From NCBI GenBank assembly GCA_903907905.1, contig CAIVPX010000137.1, positions 3,352 through 67,351 on the forward strand: DNA of 64,000 nucleotides, written 5' to 3'. The notes under the pieces were generated by a model. It was not told the DNA's origin. It worked only from the letters and a program-made list of their open reading frames with translations, and searched no databases. The position numbers and the translations under genes were made by a program. Of this stretch, positions 16,815 through 28,097 are shown one piece after another. Within the stretch, counting starts at the first letter, position 1. Every line of letters starts with the position of its first letter. Origin of the DNA: an uncultured bacterium (GTDB lineage Bacteria; Pseudomonadota; Gammaproteobacteria; Burkholderiales; Burkholderiaceae_E).

Positions 16815-17609
16815 TCAACGCGCCGGCGGCTGAGCAGGTAAGGTCGCGAGACGGTCGCGGGCGGTTGCGGTGACGCTTGCCTCGGGATACCTCTCGACGA
16901 GTTGCTCAAGCGTGCGGCGGGCGCTGCGACGGTCATTCAGTTCGATTTGCGTGTAAGCCAGATTGAGCAAGGCTTCGGGGACACGCGGACTGTCGGGGTA
17001 ACGACCAATGAGCATGAGAAGCGTATCGGCTGCCGCTTTGTAGTCCTTGAGGGCGAACTGGCTGCTGCCCAGCCAGTAGGTGGCCGTGGCGCTGTAGGGG
17101 CTGCCGGGGTACTGCACCAGAAATGACTGCAGGGAGAGTTGCGCCATGCGGAAATCTTTTGAACCGAAGGCAGCCAACGCTGCTTCGAAGCTGCGGCGCT
17201 CGGCGGGCTCGACGCTTTGGCTTCGGCCGTCAATTTCGACCGCAACCGGTTCGAACTTGCGCAGCCGGGTGTCGAAGTCGGAGTGCTGGTCACGCTGCTG
17301 GCGCTGGGTGTTGGTCAGCTCGTTGGTCTGCTCTTCGAGTGTGCCCCGGAGTCGAGCGATTTCCTGTCGCATGCTCTCGATTTGACCCTGCAGCGTGAGT
17401 TGGCCGCGCGCGCTCGCCTCGAGCCGGTCGAGCCGGCTCAACATGGCCTCTATCTGTCCGCGCAGATCACGCCCGAGCTGGTCGATGCGCACGCGCTCGG
17501 CCAGTATGGCCTTGCGCGCTTGGTCGTCTTCGAACAAGGCCTGGCTGGTGCCCGGCGCGAGCAGGACGGCACCTGCCAGGACGGATGCAAAGATGCTCGC
17601 GCGTGTCAT
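16815..17609 (-). CDS. cpoB: Tol-Pal system protein CpoB/YbgF (coiled coil + TPR)
   Basis: 264 aa. Signal peptide, Gln/Arg-rich coiled coil, C-terminal TPR-like YPGSPYSATATYWLG...YPDSPRVPEALLNL. Positioned after pal. Confidence 0.85.
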   Translation of the reverse strand: MTRASIFASVLAGAVLLAPGTSQALFEDDQARKAILAERVRIDQLGRDLRGQIEAMLSRLDRLEASARGQLTLQGQIESMRQEIARLRGTLEEQTNELTNTQRQQRDQHSDFDTRLRKFEPVAVEIDGRSQSVEPAERRSFEAALAAFGSKDFRMAQLSLQSFLVQYPGSPYSATATYWLGSSQFALKDYKAAADTLLMLIGRYPDSPRVPEALLNLAYTQIELNDRRSARRTLEQLVERYPEASVTATARDRLATLPAQPPAR

Positions 17610-17654
17610 GGGACCTCCGGCTGTGCGCCGTGCTAGCGGCTTGGCGTGGACGAT

Positions 17655-18212
17655 TTACTGGTAGGCGATGTCGGCACGGCGATTGTCGGCCTGGGCTGCA
17701 TCATCAGGGCCCGTGGCGCGCGGACGCTCTTTGCCGAAGCTCACGGCCTCCATCTGCTGCTCGCTCACACCCAGCGCGGCCAGTGCACGGCGAACCGCCT
17801 CGGCGCGTTTTTGACCCAGGGCGATGTTGTACTCGCGGCTGCCACGGTCGTCGGTGTTGCCTTGCAGAACCACCTTGCGAGCGGGGTTGGCAATGAGGAA
17901 CTTGGCATGTGCTTCGAGGGTGGAGCGGTATTCGTCACGCACCACAAAGCTGTCGAACTCGAAGTGGACACTGCGACGCGAGAGCGGGTTGTTCGGGTCG
18001 TTGAACGGGTCTTTGCTGGGATCGTTGCCGACGTCGACCTGGCGCACCGAGCGGTCGCCTACGCCAGCCGCCGCCGCACCGCCGCCGGCACCCCCGTCGG
18101 CACGGGTTTCAATGGGCGCGCCCTTGTCTTCGAGGGGCACGCTGGTGCTGCAGGCGGCGAGCAGGGCCACGAACGAGAGCGCAACGGCGGATCGGAAAAA
18201 CGGTTTCATCAT
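17655..18212 (-). CDS. pal: peptidoglycan-associated lipoprotein Pal (OmpA-like domain)
   Basis: 185 aa. Lipobox LLAAC-S. OmpA-C motif VVLQGNTDDRGSREYNIALGQKRAEAV. Confidence 0.9.
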   Translation of the reverse strand: MMKPFFRSAVALSFVALLAACSTSVPLEDKGAPIETRADGGAGGGAAAAGVGDRSVRQVDVGNDPSKDPFNDPNNPLSRRSVHFEFDSFVVRDEYRSTLEAHAKFLIANPARKVVLQGNTDDRGSREYNIALGQKRAEAVRRALAALGVSEQQMEAVSFGKERPRATGPDDAAQADNRRADIAYQ

Positions 18213-18245
18213 GCCTCCGGGAAGAATTGGAATCGGTGAGATGGC

Positions 18246-19517
18246 TTACTTGCTGAAGGGGCCCCAGGTGGGCTCGCGAATGTCGGCAGCGTTGGAGCTG
18301 AGACGCTGCTTGGCCCGACCGTCGACCGAGACGGCCATGAGCGAGTCGCGCCCGCCGCTTCGGGTGGCGTACATGATCCATTTGCTGTTGGGCGCAAAGC
18401 TGGGTGATTCTTCTCGCCCGCCATCGGAAAGTACCTTGTCGGCGCCGCTCGCCAGGTCACGCAGTACCAGGACCAGGCCGGCATCGCGACGTGAGATGAA
18501 CGCCAGTGAGCGGCCGTCGGGGCTCAAGCGCGGACTCACGTTGTAGGACGAGCCGAAGGTAACCCGACTGACATCGCCACCGGTCGCCGGCATCCGGTAG
18601 ATCTGCGGCGCGCCACCGCGATCGGACGTGAAGTAAATGAACTTACCGTCAGGCGAGAACACGGGTTCGGTATCGATGCCCGAGGAGGCGGTGAGCCGCG
18701 TCGGCTCCGACCCGCCCGCCGAAGACACCAGATAGATTTGGGATAGCCCGTCGCGTGTGAGCGCCACAGCGAGGGACCGGCCATCGGGAGACCAGGCCGG
18801 TGCGCTGTTGCTGCCCCGGAAGTTGGCGACTGTCGTGCGCTGCCCGTTCGAGAGCGTGTGCACGTACACCACTGGCTTCTGGCTCTCGAAGGAGACATAG
18901 GCGAGTTGGCGACCATCGGGCGACCACGATGGCGAGATGATGGGCTCGGGGGAGGTGAGCGCCACCGAGGCATTTTCGCCATCCCAGTCTGCAATGGTGA
19001 GACGGAAGCGATCACCCTGCTTGGTGATGAAGGCAATTTGGGTGGCAAAGATACCCTTCTGGCCCGTGAGTTTTTCGTAGATCCAGTCGGCGATGCGATG
19101 GGCCGCAAAGCGCAGGTCGGACTCGGGTACGACCAGCGACTCGCCGCCCATGGAGGTTTCGCGGACCGAATCGCTCAGGCGAAAGCGAATGTCGAGGCGG
19201 CCATCGGCCAGACGCGCCACCGAACCGCCCAGTACCGCGTCGGCCTTGAGGCTGCGCATCGCTGGAAAATCGACTGAGGCCGACTCGGAAAGGCTCTGTT
19301 TGGGGTGAATGACCCGAAAGGCGCCACTCTGGCCCAGATCGGCCCGGATGACCTCAGCCACCTGACGCGGGATCCGGGGGTCGGTGACGAAATCGGCGAT
19401 GGCGATCGGGTACTGGAAGGCGCCGACCCCCGAGACGTCGATTCGCATTTGCGCGTAGGCCTGAGAAAGCCCCAAGGCCACGGAAAGGCCGATGATCCAG
19501 CGGGAAAAAATTCGCAT
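18246..19517 (-). CDS. tolB: Tol-Pal system beta-propeller protein TolB
   Basis: ORF 18246..19883 is over-extended into tolA. ATG at 19517 gives MRIFSRWIIGLSVALGLSQAYAQ plus repeated WSPDG propeller motifs. Confidence 0.9.
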   Translation of the reverse strand: MRIFSRWIIGLSVALGLSQAYAQMRIDVSGVGAFQYPIAIADFVTDPRIPRQVAEVIRADLGQSGAFRVIHPKQSLSESASVDFPAMRSLKADAVLGGSVARLADGRLDIRFRLSDSVRETSMGGESLVVPESDLRFAAHRIADWIYEKLTGQKGIFATQIAFITKQGDRFRLTIADWDGENASVALTSPEPIISPSWSPDGRQLAYVSFESQKPVVYVHTLSNGQRTTVANFRGSNSAPAWSPDGRSLAVALTRDGLSQIYLVSSAGGSEPTRLTASSGIDTEPVFSPDGKFIYFTSDRGGAPQIYRMPATGGDVSRVTFGSSYNVSPRLSPDGRSLAFISRRDAGLVLVLRDLASGADKVLSDGGREESPSFAPNSKWIMYATRSGGRDSLMAVSVDGRAKQRLSSNAADIREPTWGPFSK

Positions 19518-19726
19518 GAGTCCCTCGCCAAAGGGCAACGCCAGCCCTGCAGAGTAACCCTTGAGTATAGTCGATTGGACCGTTTTCGGTCGATAGGGGC
19601 CCGTTGCGCAGGGGCTTGGGGACCGTGGTGGGACCGGTGACCGCACTGCACGACGCGGGCGTTCGCTGGATTTGCCGTCCGCTTGAGCGCCGTGTGGTGG
19701 CGTGTCGCTCGGCCGCACGCCGGGTT

Positions 19727-20791
19727 TCAGTTGCGCGGCTTGTGGTTGACCGGAACCTGGTCGGGGCAGGTGCCGTCGGGTTTGCGCGGCCAGGGGCTGG
19801 ATTTTCGGATGGCCTGTTCGGCGGCGCGGTCCCAGGATTGTTCGCCGCTGCTCCGGGTGAGTTGTACCCCGACGATGGTGCAATCCCGGACATCGGGGCC
19901 CTCGGCAGGTCCGGCCGGCGCGAAGCGGACACGAAACTCGGCCTCGGGGTTGCCCTGCAGCGCGCTGGGAAACACTGTGGCGGCCCGGATCAGGCCAACG
20001 ATCTGCCCACCCCAGGTGGCGAGCCCCGCGCCGCTGCCTGCGGCGGCCGACCCGCCACCCGATGCGCCCGATTGCGACAGCAACTGCGCCGCACGCGCCT
20101 GATCGGCCTCGATTCGCTCCTGACGCCGCTTGTCTTCGTCGGCTCGACGTTTGGCCTCGGCCGCCTTGGCCTCAGCGGCCTTGGCATCAGCCAGTTTCTT
20201 GGCCTCGGCCTGCTTCTTCTCCTCAGCCAGACGTTTTTCTTCGGCCTGGCGCTTTTCCTCGGCTTCGCGCTTGGCCTTTTCGGCGACTGCCTGCTTGCGG
20301 GCGTCTTCTTCTTTTTCCTTGCGCTCGCGCTCGCGCTTGTCCTCGGCGAGCTTTTTCGCTTCGGCTTCCTTGCGTGCCCGCTCTTCGCGCTCACGTCGCT
20401 CGCGTTCGCGGCGCTCGTCGTCCTTGCGCTTGCGTTCTTCCTCGAGAGCAATATCGGGTTTGGGCTGCTCGGCCTTGGGGGGCGGCGGAGGTGGCGGTGG
20501 CTCTGGTTTGGGTTCGGGCTTGGGTTCGGGCTTGGGCTTCGGAACGACCTCGGCCACCGGGGGCGGCGTCCACAGCTCGGCACTGACCGATGCAGACTCC
20601 TGCGACTTCCAGCGGATACCCACGAAGAGCAGGGCGGCGAGCAGTCCGTGCATGGCCAGCGCGAGGACCAGCGCTCGGGTGCGACCCTTGGGCTTGGGCG
20701 GCTGGGTGGGAGGCCGCGACAAGGCCGCCTGAAGGCTCGAGTCCGGCGGGGGGATTTCCCCGGGGGCGGGGGACTTGTCGGCCTCGTTCAT
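19727..20791 (-). CDS. tolA: cell envelope integrity protein TolA
   Basis: 354 aa. N-terminal TM anchor, Pro-rich and KPEP repeats, long Lys/Glu/Ala-rich helical domain, C-terminal TolA-III-like domain. 4-nt overlap with tolR. Confidence 0.8.
   Translation of the reverse strand: MNEADKSPAPGEIPPPDSSLQAALSRPPTQPPKPKGRTRALVLALAMHGLLAALLFVGIRWKSQESASVSAELWTPPPVAEVVPKPKPEPKPEPKPEPPPPPPPPKAEQPKPDIALEEERKRKDDERRERERREREERARKEAEAKKLAEDKRERERKEKEEDARKQAVAEKAKREAEEKRQAEEKRLAEEKKQAEAKKLADAKAAEAKAAEAKRRADEDKRRQERIEADQARAAQLLSQSGASGGGSAAAGSGAGLATWGGQIVGLIRAATVFPSALQGNPEAEFRVRFAPAGPAEGPDVRDCTIVGVQLTRSSGEQSWDRAAEQAIRKSSPWPRKPDGTCPDQVPVNHKPRN
20470..20545 (-). repeat. in-frame low-complexity tandem repeat inside tolA (poly-Pro plus KPEP x4-5)
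   Basis: Plus strand reads ...ggcggcggaggtggcggtggctctggtttgggttcgggcttgggttcgggcttgggcttcgg, which encodes PKPKPEPKPEPKPEPKPEPPPPPPPP. Confidence 0.6.
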
Positions 20792-21231
20792 TTGGCGCCG
20801 CCGGCGGGTTTGACCATCAGGGCAACGCGGCTGATGTTCAGTTTCTGAAGCTGGCTCATCACTTCGATGACCGACTCGTAGCGCACCTGCCGGTCACCGC
20901 TGATGACCACGGGAAGCTGATCGCCTCCGATATCGCGAATGGCATCGCCCAACTCGACCAGACCTACGGTGCGCTCGGACGAGTCGCCCTTGTTGCGGGC
21001 CCGCACGCGCAATTCGCCGGACGCACCCACGGTAATTTCGACATAGGCCTCAGGCCGGGTGTTGCTGCGCCCCGCACTGGGCAGATCGATGACGCCCGGG
21101 GGCAGCATGGGAGCGGTGACCATGAAGATGACCAGCAGCACCAACATCACGTCGATGTAGGGGACGACATTGATCTCGCTCACCGGTCGCCGACGTCGGG
21201 ACCTTCCGCCTCGCAGATTCATGGCAGCCAT
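20788..21231 (-). CDS. tolR: Tol-Pal system protein TolR (ExbD family)
   Basis: 147 aa. INVVPYIDVMLVLLVIFMVTAP is the ExbD/TolR signature. Confidence 0.9.
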   Translation of the reverse strand: MAAMNLRGGRSRRRRPVSEINVVPYIDVMLVLLVIFMVTAPMLPPGVIDLPSAGRSNTRPEAYVEITVGASGELRVRARNKGDSSERTVGLVELGDAIRDIGGDQLPVVISGDRQVRYESVIEVMSQLQKLNISRVALMVKPAGGAK

Positions 21232-21243
21232 GTCGTGGCGACC

Positions 21244-21915
21244 TCAGCGAGCGCGCCGCTGCAGGATGTTGGAGAATTCTTCGATGAAGGTTTCGAAGCG
21301 CGAGGCAAGGCGGTCCATGTCGGCCGAGAATCGGTTGTAGGCCACGAAGGCGGGGATGGCGGCAAACAGTCCAATGGCGGTGGCCACCAGCGCTTCGGCG
21401 ATGCCGGGGGCCACGGCAGCGAGCGTGGCTTGTTGAACGTTGGCCAGTCCGCGAAACGAATTCATGATGCCCCAGACGGTGCCGAAGAGCCCGATGTAGG
21501 GGCTGACCGAGCCTGCTGAGGCGAGGAACGGGATGCTCGATTCGAGCATGTCGAGTTCCCGCTGGTAAGCGGCGCGCATGGCGCGTCGCGAGCCATCGAG
21601 CATGGCGGAGAAATCGCCGGGCTTTTGTTGTCGCACCTTGATGAATTCGCTCATGCCGGCTTCGAAAATCCGGGCGAGGCTGCCGTGATCGCGGCCCTTG
21701 TCCTGGACCTGCTGAAAGAGTACGCCCAGATCACGATCCCGCCAGAACTCGGCCTCGAACTGGTCGGTGGCGATTCGGGCGCTGCGCAGGGCGAAGAGCT
21801 TGCGAAAGATGACGGTCCAGGACCCGATCGAGATGGCCATCAGCAGCGCCATGACGAACTGCACCAGCGGGCTGGCCTGGACGATCAGTGACAGGATTGA
21901 GAGGTCTGCATTCAT
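21244..21915 (-). CDS. tolQ: Tol-Pal system protein TolQ (MotA/ExbB family)
   Basis: 223 aa. 3-TM MotA/TolQ/ExbB pattern (GLFGTVWGIMNSF...VAPGIAEALVATAIGL). Confidence 0.9.
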   Translation of the reverse strand: MNADLSILSLIVQASPLVQFVMALLMAISIGSWTVIFRKLFALRSARIATDQFEAEFWRDRDLGVLFQQVQDKGRDHGSLARIFEAGMSEFIKVRQQKPGDFSAMLDGSRRAMRAAYQRELDMLESSIPFLASAGSVSPYIGLFGTVWGIMNSFRGLANVQQATLAAVAPGIAEALVATAIGLFAAIPAFVAYNRFSADMDRLASRFETFIEEFSNILQRRAR

Positions 21916-22433
21916 GCTTGGTCTACCGGGGTTACGGTCGCAGCCTGGGCTGAGACCCGTTCACGCAGGGCGGGCGGCAGGGGGGCTGGCCGCCCGTCGC
22001 TCAGACGCATGACCGCGACGCGGACCTGCGCCTCAACCAGCGGCGTCCGCGGGTCATCAAGCAGGGCATGTTGCGCCAGACTGATGGACGCCCCGCGCAG
22101 GTCGAGCAGCCGCAGTTCGGTACGAACCAGATCGTCGAGCCGTGCGGGCCGAAGATAGCCGATCTGCATGGCTCTCACCACGAACCCGACACCGTGATCA
22201 CGTGCGAGGTGTGATTGCTCGAGGCCCAGCGACCGCAGCCAGTCGGTACGTGCCCGTTCGAAGAATCGCAGCCAGCTCGCGTGATAGACGATACCGCCCG
22301 CATCGGTGTCCTCAAAATAGATCCGCAGGGTCTGTTCATGCAGGCAGGCTTGGCTGAGCGCGTGAAGCGCCGATGTCGGTGGGCTGCGCCGGGCATCGCC
22401 GGGCAGGGGCTGCGTAGTAGCGTTTCTGGGCAC
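21912..22433 (-). CDS. ybgC: tol-pal-associated acyl-CoA thioesterase YbgC (4HBT hot-dog fold)
   Basis: Core RIYFEDTDAGGIVYHASWLRFFERARTDWLRSLG is the YbgC/4HBT signature. The ORF has a ~35-aa N-terminal extension, so the start is uncertain. 4-nt overlap with tolQ. Confidence 0.75.
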   Translation of the reverse strand: MPRNATTQPLPGDARRSPPTSALHALSQACLHEQTLRIYFEDTDAGGIVYHASWLRFFERARTDWLRSLGLEQSHLARDHGVGFVVRAMQIGYLRPARLDDLVRTELRLLDLRGASISLAQHALLDDPRTPLVEAQVRVAVMRLSDGRPAPLPPALRERVSAQAATVTPVDQA

Positions 22434-22505
22434 ATCGAGGATTTTAGCAAGTCCGGGCCCTTCTTCGGGGCTCTGAACCGGAACGCGAGCCCGGTATTTT
22501 TCTGC

Positions 22506-23435
22506 TCATCGGGCCTGGGCGAGCGCGCGCTCGATCTCGGGCCAACGCGGCAGCGGATCGATAGCGCCGCGGCCCGTGGTGGCCAATGCAGCGGCGATGG
22601 CGCCGGCGCGTGCGGCCTGCTCGAGCGGGTCGCCTGCGAGCAGGCGGGCGACCATGACGCCGCCGAAGCAGTCACCGGCGCCCGTGGCATCGACGGTCGC
22701 GACACGGTGTGGGTCGATCTCGGTGGTGCGCTGGCCGTCGCCAATCACCACGCCCCGATCGCCGCATTTCACAGCGACCGCACGCGCCCCGAGCCCCAGC
22801 GCCCAATCGATCAAACGTCTCGGGTCATCCATGCCAAAGAGCGCACTGGCTTCGTCGATTGAAGGCAGAAAGAGCTGGCATCGGGCGATGCTCGCCCGCG
22901 CGATCGCGGCGGCGCGCGGGGCGGGCCATAGGGTGCTGCGCCAGTTGAGGTCGTAGCTGAAGGGGATCCCTTGATCGCAGGCCAGATCAATCGCCTCGAA
23001 GACCGTGTCGCAGGCCTGCTCGCTGATGGCCTGCGAGATGCCCGACACATGCAGCCAACGGCTTTGGGCGATCTGCTCGCGAAAGCCCGGGCTCAGGCGC
23101 ATGTGCGAGGCGGCCGAGCCCTTGCGGCGGTAACTGAACGAATGCCCCTGGGGGCCGTAGCGGATGAAGTAGAGCCCCGTGTCGGCGCTGGGGTCGCGTT
23201 CGACCGCGCTGCAGTCGATGCCCTCGCGCTGCCACAAGGCGAGCAGCGCCTCGCCGAACGCCTCGTCGCCCACCCGGCTGAGGTAGGCGCAGCGCGCGCC
23301 CGCGCGGCGGGCCGCGATCACGAAATTGGACGTATCGCCGCCAAAGCCCTGGCGCCAGCCGGGGCCGTCGGGAAGCTGGCTGAATTCGATCAGACCTTCG
23401 CCAAGCGCGACGATGTCGAAGGGCGGGGCGCTCAA
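22506..23435 (-). CDS. PfkB-family sugar kinase (2-dehydro-3-deoxygluconokinase-like)
   Basis: 309 aa. N-terminal ALGEGLIEF and C-terminal DATGAGDCFGG (PfkB signature 2). Confidence 0.8.
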   Translation of the reverse strand: MSAPPFDIVALGEGLIEFSQLPDGPGWRQGFGGDTSNFVIAARRAGARCAYLSRVGDEAFGEALLALWQREGIDCSAVERDPSADTGLYFIRYGPQGHSFSYRRKGSAASHMRLSPGFREQIAQSRWLHVSGISQAISEQACDTVFEAIDLACDQGIPFSYDLNWRSTLWPAPRAAAIARASIARCQLFLPSIDEASALFGMDDPRRLIDWALGLGARAVAVKCGDRGVVIGDGQRTTEIDPHRVATVDATGAGDCFGGVMVARLLAGDPLEQAARAGAIAAALATTGRGAIDPLPRWPEIERALAQAR

Positions 23436-24134
23436 GCCAGCACACGCCAGGCAAGCCAGGCCGCGGACGCCGCCAGCGCCAGCGCCGCGAGCAGTCGAGC
23501 GATGGCTGACCCGGGAGTTTCAGCCCAGCTGATCCGGTCGGGCATGATGGCCGCCAGAACGAATCCCGCAGTCAGGCCGCCCAGGTGCGCGGCATTGTCG
23601 ACGACGCCGGAGGTGAAGCCCAGAATCAGCGACACGCCGACGTAGACCAGCAGTGAGCTGCGAAGCGATGCGATCAGCGCGGGCGGCAGCCTGCGGGGTC
23701 GGGTGAGAATGACCGCGAGCAGCGAACCAACCACGCCGAAGACCGCGCCCGACGCGCCAACCGACACCGCAATCCGGCCTGCGAAAAAGAGACTCGCCAG
23801 CGATCCGAACAGCCCCGACAGGACATAAATCAGCAGAAAAGGCAGATTGCCGAACAGGCGCTCGGCGACGCGGCCGGTGTCCCAGAGCGCCCACATGTTG
23901 AGCGCCAGATGAACGATGCCGGCATGCAGCAGCGTGGCGCTCAGCAGTCGCCAGGGTTGGCTGCGCGTTTCGCCGAGACGGTTGCCGCCGAGCGTGAGCA
24001 GGTCGCCGCCCGAGGGGCTCATCAGGTCTGCGCCGGCCCAGAGCGTCAACAGCCAGATGAGCACGTTGACACCAACGACGGCGGGTGTGGCCCATGTTCT
24101 CGGCGTGTACCGCTGCAGTCTCAGCAGATAGTCG

Positions 24135-24142
<8 letters not shown>
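23432..24142 (-). CDS. rhomboid-family intramembrane serine protease
   Basis: Catalytic motifs [11 protein letters not shown] (GxSG) and [10 protein letters not shown] (His), multi-TM. The longest ORF (to 24349) overlaps ruvB by 215 nt. An in-frame GTG at 24142 is proposed as the start, but this is uncertain. Confidence 0.7.
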
Positions 24143-25178
<1,036 letters not shown>

Positions 25179-25188
25179 GAGCGCAGCC

Positions 25189-25767
25189 TCAGCTCTTGCC
25201 GAGTTGTTTCAGGGCCTGCCGGATGCCATCGGAGACCGAGACGCCGGCAGGCAGAGCGCGCACGGCGCCCGCCGCCTCGCGGTCGGAGTAGCCCAGGGAG
25301 ATCAGGGCGCGGATGATGTCGCCACCCGCGTCACTGGCCACCGTGCCTGCTGCGCCGGGCAATTCGGGCGCGAGCCGCCCCTTCAGTTCGAGCAGCAACC
25401 GCTCGGCGGTCTTTTTGCCGATGCCGGGAACCTTGAGCAACCTGGCGCTTTCTTGCAGGGCAACAGCCTGAGACAGATCGCCCACCGACATACCCGAGAG
25501 CACGGCGAGCGCGGTGCGCGGACCGACTCCGGAAATACGGATCAACTGACGGAAGGTGTCGCGTTCGGCTGCGGTAAGAAAGCCGTAAAGCAGTTGCGCG
25601 TCCTCGCGCACGATGAATTCGGTGAGCAGCACCACGCGGGCGCCAATCTCGGGCAGATCGTAGAAGCTGCTCATCGGCACGTCGACCTCATAGCCCACGC
25701 CGCCCACGTCGATGAGTACGCGGGGGGGAGACTTCTCGAGGAGTTGTCCTGACAGGCGTCCGATCAT
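25189..25767 (-). CDS. ruvA: Holliday junction DNA helicase subunit RuvA
   Basis: 192 aa. [12 protein letters not shown]...GVGYEV, with HhH motifs GVGPRTA / [10 protein letters not shown]. Confidence 0.95.
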   Translation of the reverse strand: MIGRLSGQLLEKSPPRVLIDVGGVGYEVDVPMSSFYDLPEIGARVVLLTEFIVREDAQLLYGFLTAAERDTFRQLIRISGVGPRTALAVLSGMSVGDLSQAVALQESARLLKVPGIGKKTAERLLLELKGRLAPELPGAAGTVASDAGGDIIRALISLGYSDREAAGAVRALPAGVSVSDGIRQALKQLGKS

Positions 25768-25875
25768 TCGGGCATCTTAACAGCCCTCGCGAGCCGGGCG
25801 CCGCGTGCCGTGTGATCGGTCAGAAGGCGCTGGAGGGTGCGCAAACACCCGGGAACAGTTGCGATGGCCGGGGCC

Positions 25876-26427
25876 TCAGCGCCCGCGGACCCGCCCGCGC
25901 CGAGACCGGGCGCCGCTGCGTGCGACCTGGGCCAGTGCGCCCGCAGCCCCCAGATTGGCGGCCATGGCCGACGCATGGGCGTGGCAGATGGCGCAGGCGA
26001 GGGCATCGGCAGCATCGGCAGAGGGCTCGCCGGGCAGTTGAAGCAGGCGCTTGACCATGGCCTGAACCTGCTCCTTGGCCGCTTTACCGTAGCCCACCAC
26101 GGATTGCTTGACCTGAAGCGCAGTGTATTCATGCACGATGACGTCGCGGATGGCGATCGCCGCGATCGCCGCCCCCCGGGCTTGCCCGAGCGCGAGCGTG
26201 GCCTGTGGGTTGACATTGACGAAGACGATTTCCACCGAGGCCAGCGTGGGGCGCCAAGTATCGATCACCTCGGTGATGCCGTCGTGGATGGCGCGCAGGC
26301 GCGGCGCAAGCGCCCCATCGGGCACGCGGATGACGCCGCTGCCGACGTAGCTCAAGCGGGCGCCGTCGACATCGATAACCCCGAATCCGGTGCGACGCAG
26401 GCCGGGGTCGACGCCAAGAACTCGCAT
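25876..26427 (-). CDS. ruvC: crossover junction endodeoxyribonuclease RuvC
   Basis: 183 aa. [18 protein letters not shown]..., the canonical RuvC N-terminus. Confidence 0.95.
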   Translation of the reverse strand: MRVLGVDPGLRRTGFGVIDVDGARLSYVGSGVIRVPDGALAPRLRAIHDGITEVIDTWRPTLASVEIVFVNVNPQATLALGQARGAAIAAIAIRDVIVHEYTALQVKQSVVGYGKAAKEQVQAMVKRLLQLPGEPSADAADALACAICHAHASAMAANLGAAGALAQVARSGARSRRGRVRGR

Positions 26428-26474
26428 GGGATGAGTGCCGGTCAGGCGTGATACTCGGCTCGAGGGGCCCGGAC

Positions 26475-28058
26475 TCAGTGCCGGAAGTGGCGCACGCCGG
26501 TGAACACCATGGCGATTCCGCGTTCATCAGCGGCCGCGATGACCTCTTCATCGCGCATCGACCCGCCCGGCTGGATGACGGCCACCGCGCCCCCTTCGGC
26601 GACGACATCGAGACCGTCTCGGAAGGGGAAGAAGGCATCAGAGGCCACCACTGAGCCCTTCAGGCTGAGGCCCGCATTCTCGGCCTTGATCGAGGCGATT
26701 CGCGCCGAATCGATCCGGCTCATCTGACCGGCACCGATGCCGACCGTCATGCCGCCGGCGCAATACACGATGGCATTGCTCTTGACGTACTTGGCCACCG
26801 TCCAGGCGAACATGAGGTCGTGGATCTGCGCGGCGTCGGGTTTGACCCGGGTGACCACCCGCAAATCCTGCTCGTGCAGCACATGGTTGTCAGCCGTCTG
26901 GATGAGCAGCCCCGAACCGACGCGTTTGATGTCCATGGCGTTGCGGCCGCAGTCCCAGTCAGTGGGCCCGCCAGGCGGCAAGGCAATCTGCAGCAAGCGC
27001 ACATTGGCCTTGGCCTTGAAGAGGTCCAGCGCGGCTTCGCTGAAGGCCGGCGCGATCAGCACTTCGACAAATTGCTTGGCGACCGCCTGCGCTGCTGCTT
27101 CATCAAGCAGGCAGTTGAAGGCGATGATGCCGCCGAAGGCTGATGTGGGGTCCGTCTGGAAGGCCTTGCTGTAGCAATCGAGGGCACTGGCACCGATGGC
27201 CACCCCGCAGGGGTTGGCGTGTTTGATGATGACGCAGGCGGGGCCATCGAAGGCCTTGACGCATTCCCAGGCGGCATCGGCATCGGCGATGTTGTTGTAG
27301 GAAAGCTCCTTCCCTTGAAGTTGTCGGGCGCTCACCAGCGAGCCCGGCGCCGGATTGAGCTCCCGGTAGAAGGCGGCATTTTGATGAGGATTTTCGCCGT
27401 ACCGCAGGTCCTGAAGCTTGACGAAGCGACCATTGGACTGGGCCGAGAAGGTGCTCAGACTGCCGTCGGGCTGGATGCGCGACAGGTAGTCGCTGATGGC
27501 CGCGTCGTAATTACTGATGCGGTTGAAGGCCGCCACCGATAGGGCAAATCGGGTGCGGTCGCTCAGGCCACCTTGCGCCTTCAGTTCCTCGACAACCGAC
27601 TCGTACTGCGCAGCATCGGTGAGCACGCCCACATCACGCCAGTTTTTCGCAGCGCTGCGCACCATGGCCGGTCCGCCGATATCGATATTTTCAATCGCCT
27701 CTTCGAGCGAGCAGTCGGGTCGTGCGACGGTTGCCTCGAAGGGGTAGAGGTTGACCACGAGCAGGTCGATGGTCTGGATGCCGTGCTGCTCGAGTGCCTG
27801 CATGTGCTCGGGGATGTCGCGGCGTGCGAGCAAGCCGCCGTGAATGGTCGGGTGCAGTGTCTTGACCCGACCATCCAGCATCTCGGGAAAGCCGGTATGG
27901 CTCGATACCTCGATGACCGGGAGTCCGGCCTCGGCGAGGAGCCACGCGGTGCCCCCGGTGGACAGCAGTCGAATACCCAGCGATGAGAGGGCACGCGCCA
28001 GGTCGACGACGCCGGTTTTGTCGGAAACACTCAGGAGAGCCTGACGAACGCGTTGCAT
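26475..28058 (-). CDS. purH: bifunctional AICAR transformylase / IMP cyclohydrolase PurH
   Basis: 527 aa. [10 protein letters not shown]...LLSTGGTA...VKTLHP, with C-terminal FTGVRHFRH. Confidence 0.95.
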   Translation of the reverse strand: MQRVRQALLSVSDKTGVVDLARALSSLGIRLLSTGGTAWLLAEAGLPVIEVSSHTGFPEMLDGRVKTLHPTIHGGLLARRDIPEHMQALEQHGIQTIDLLVVNLYPFEATVARPDCSLEEAIENIDIGGPAMVRSAAKNWRDVGVLTDAAQYESVVEELKAQGGLSDRTRFALSVAAFNRISNYDAAISDYLSRIQPDGSLSTFSAQSNGRFVKLQDLRYGENPHQNAAFYRELNPAPGSLVSARQLQGKELSYNNIADADAAWECVKAFDGPACVIIKHANPCGVAIGASALDCYSKAFQTDPTSAFGGIIAFNCLLDEAAAQAVAKQFVEVLIAPAFSEAALDLFKAKANVRLLQIALPPGGPTDWDCGRNAMDIKRVGSGLLIQTADNHVLHEQDLRVVTRVKPDAAQIHDLMFAWTVAKYVKSNAIVYCAGGMTVGIGAGQMSRIDSARIASIKAENAGLSLKGSVVASDAFFPFRDGLDVVAEGGAVAVIQPGGSMRDEEVIAAADERGIAMVFTGVRHFRH

Positions 28059-28097
28059 CGATGCGGTCCTAGGGTAGGAATGGGGGGCGCAGGCCGG

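Noticed and set aside
16567-16818. 83-aa minus-strand ORF covering tRNA-Lys
   Set aside because: It overlaps a cleanly folding tRNA gene, so it is not a credible CDS.
19604-20848. 414-aa plus-strand ORF antisense to tolA, with poly-Leu/Gly/Phe repeats
   Set aside because: It is generated by the reverse complement of the tolA Lys/Glu/Ala repeat DNA. The TolA frame has the expected TM anchor and fits the tolQRA context.
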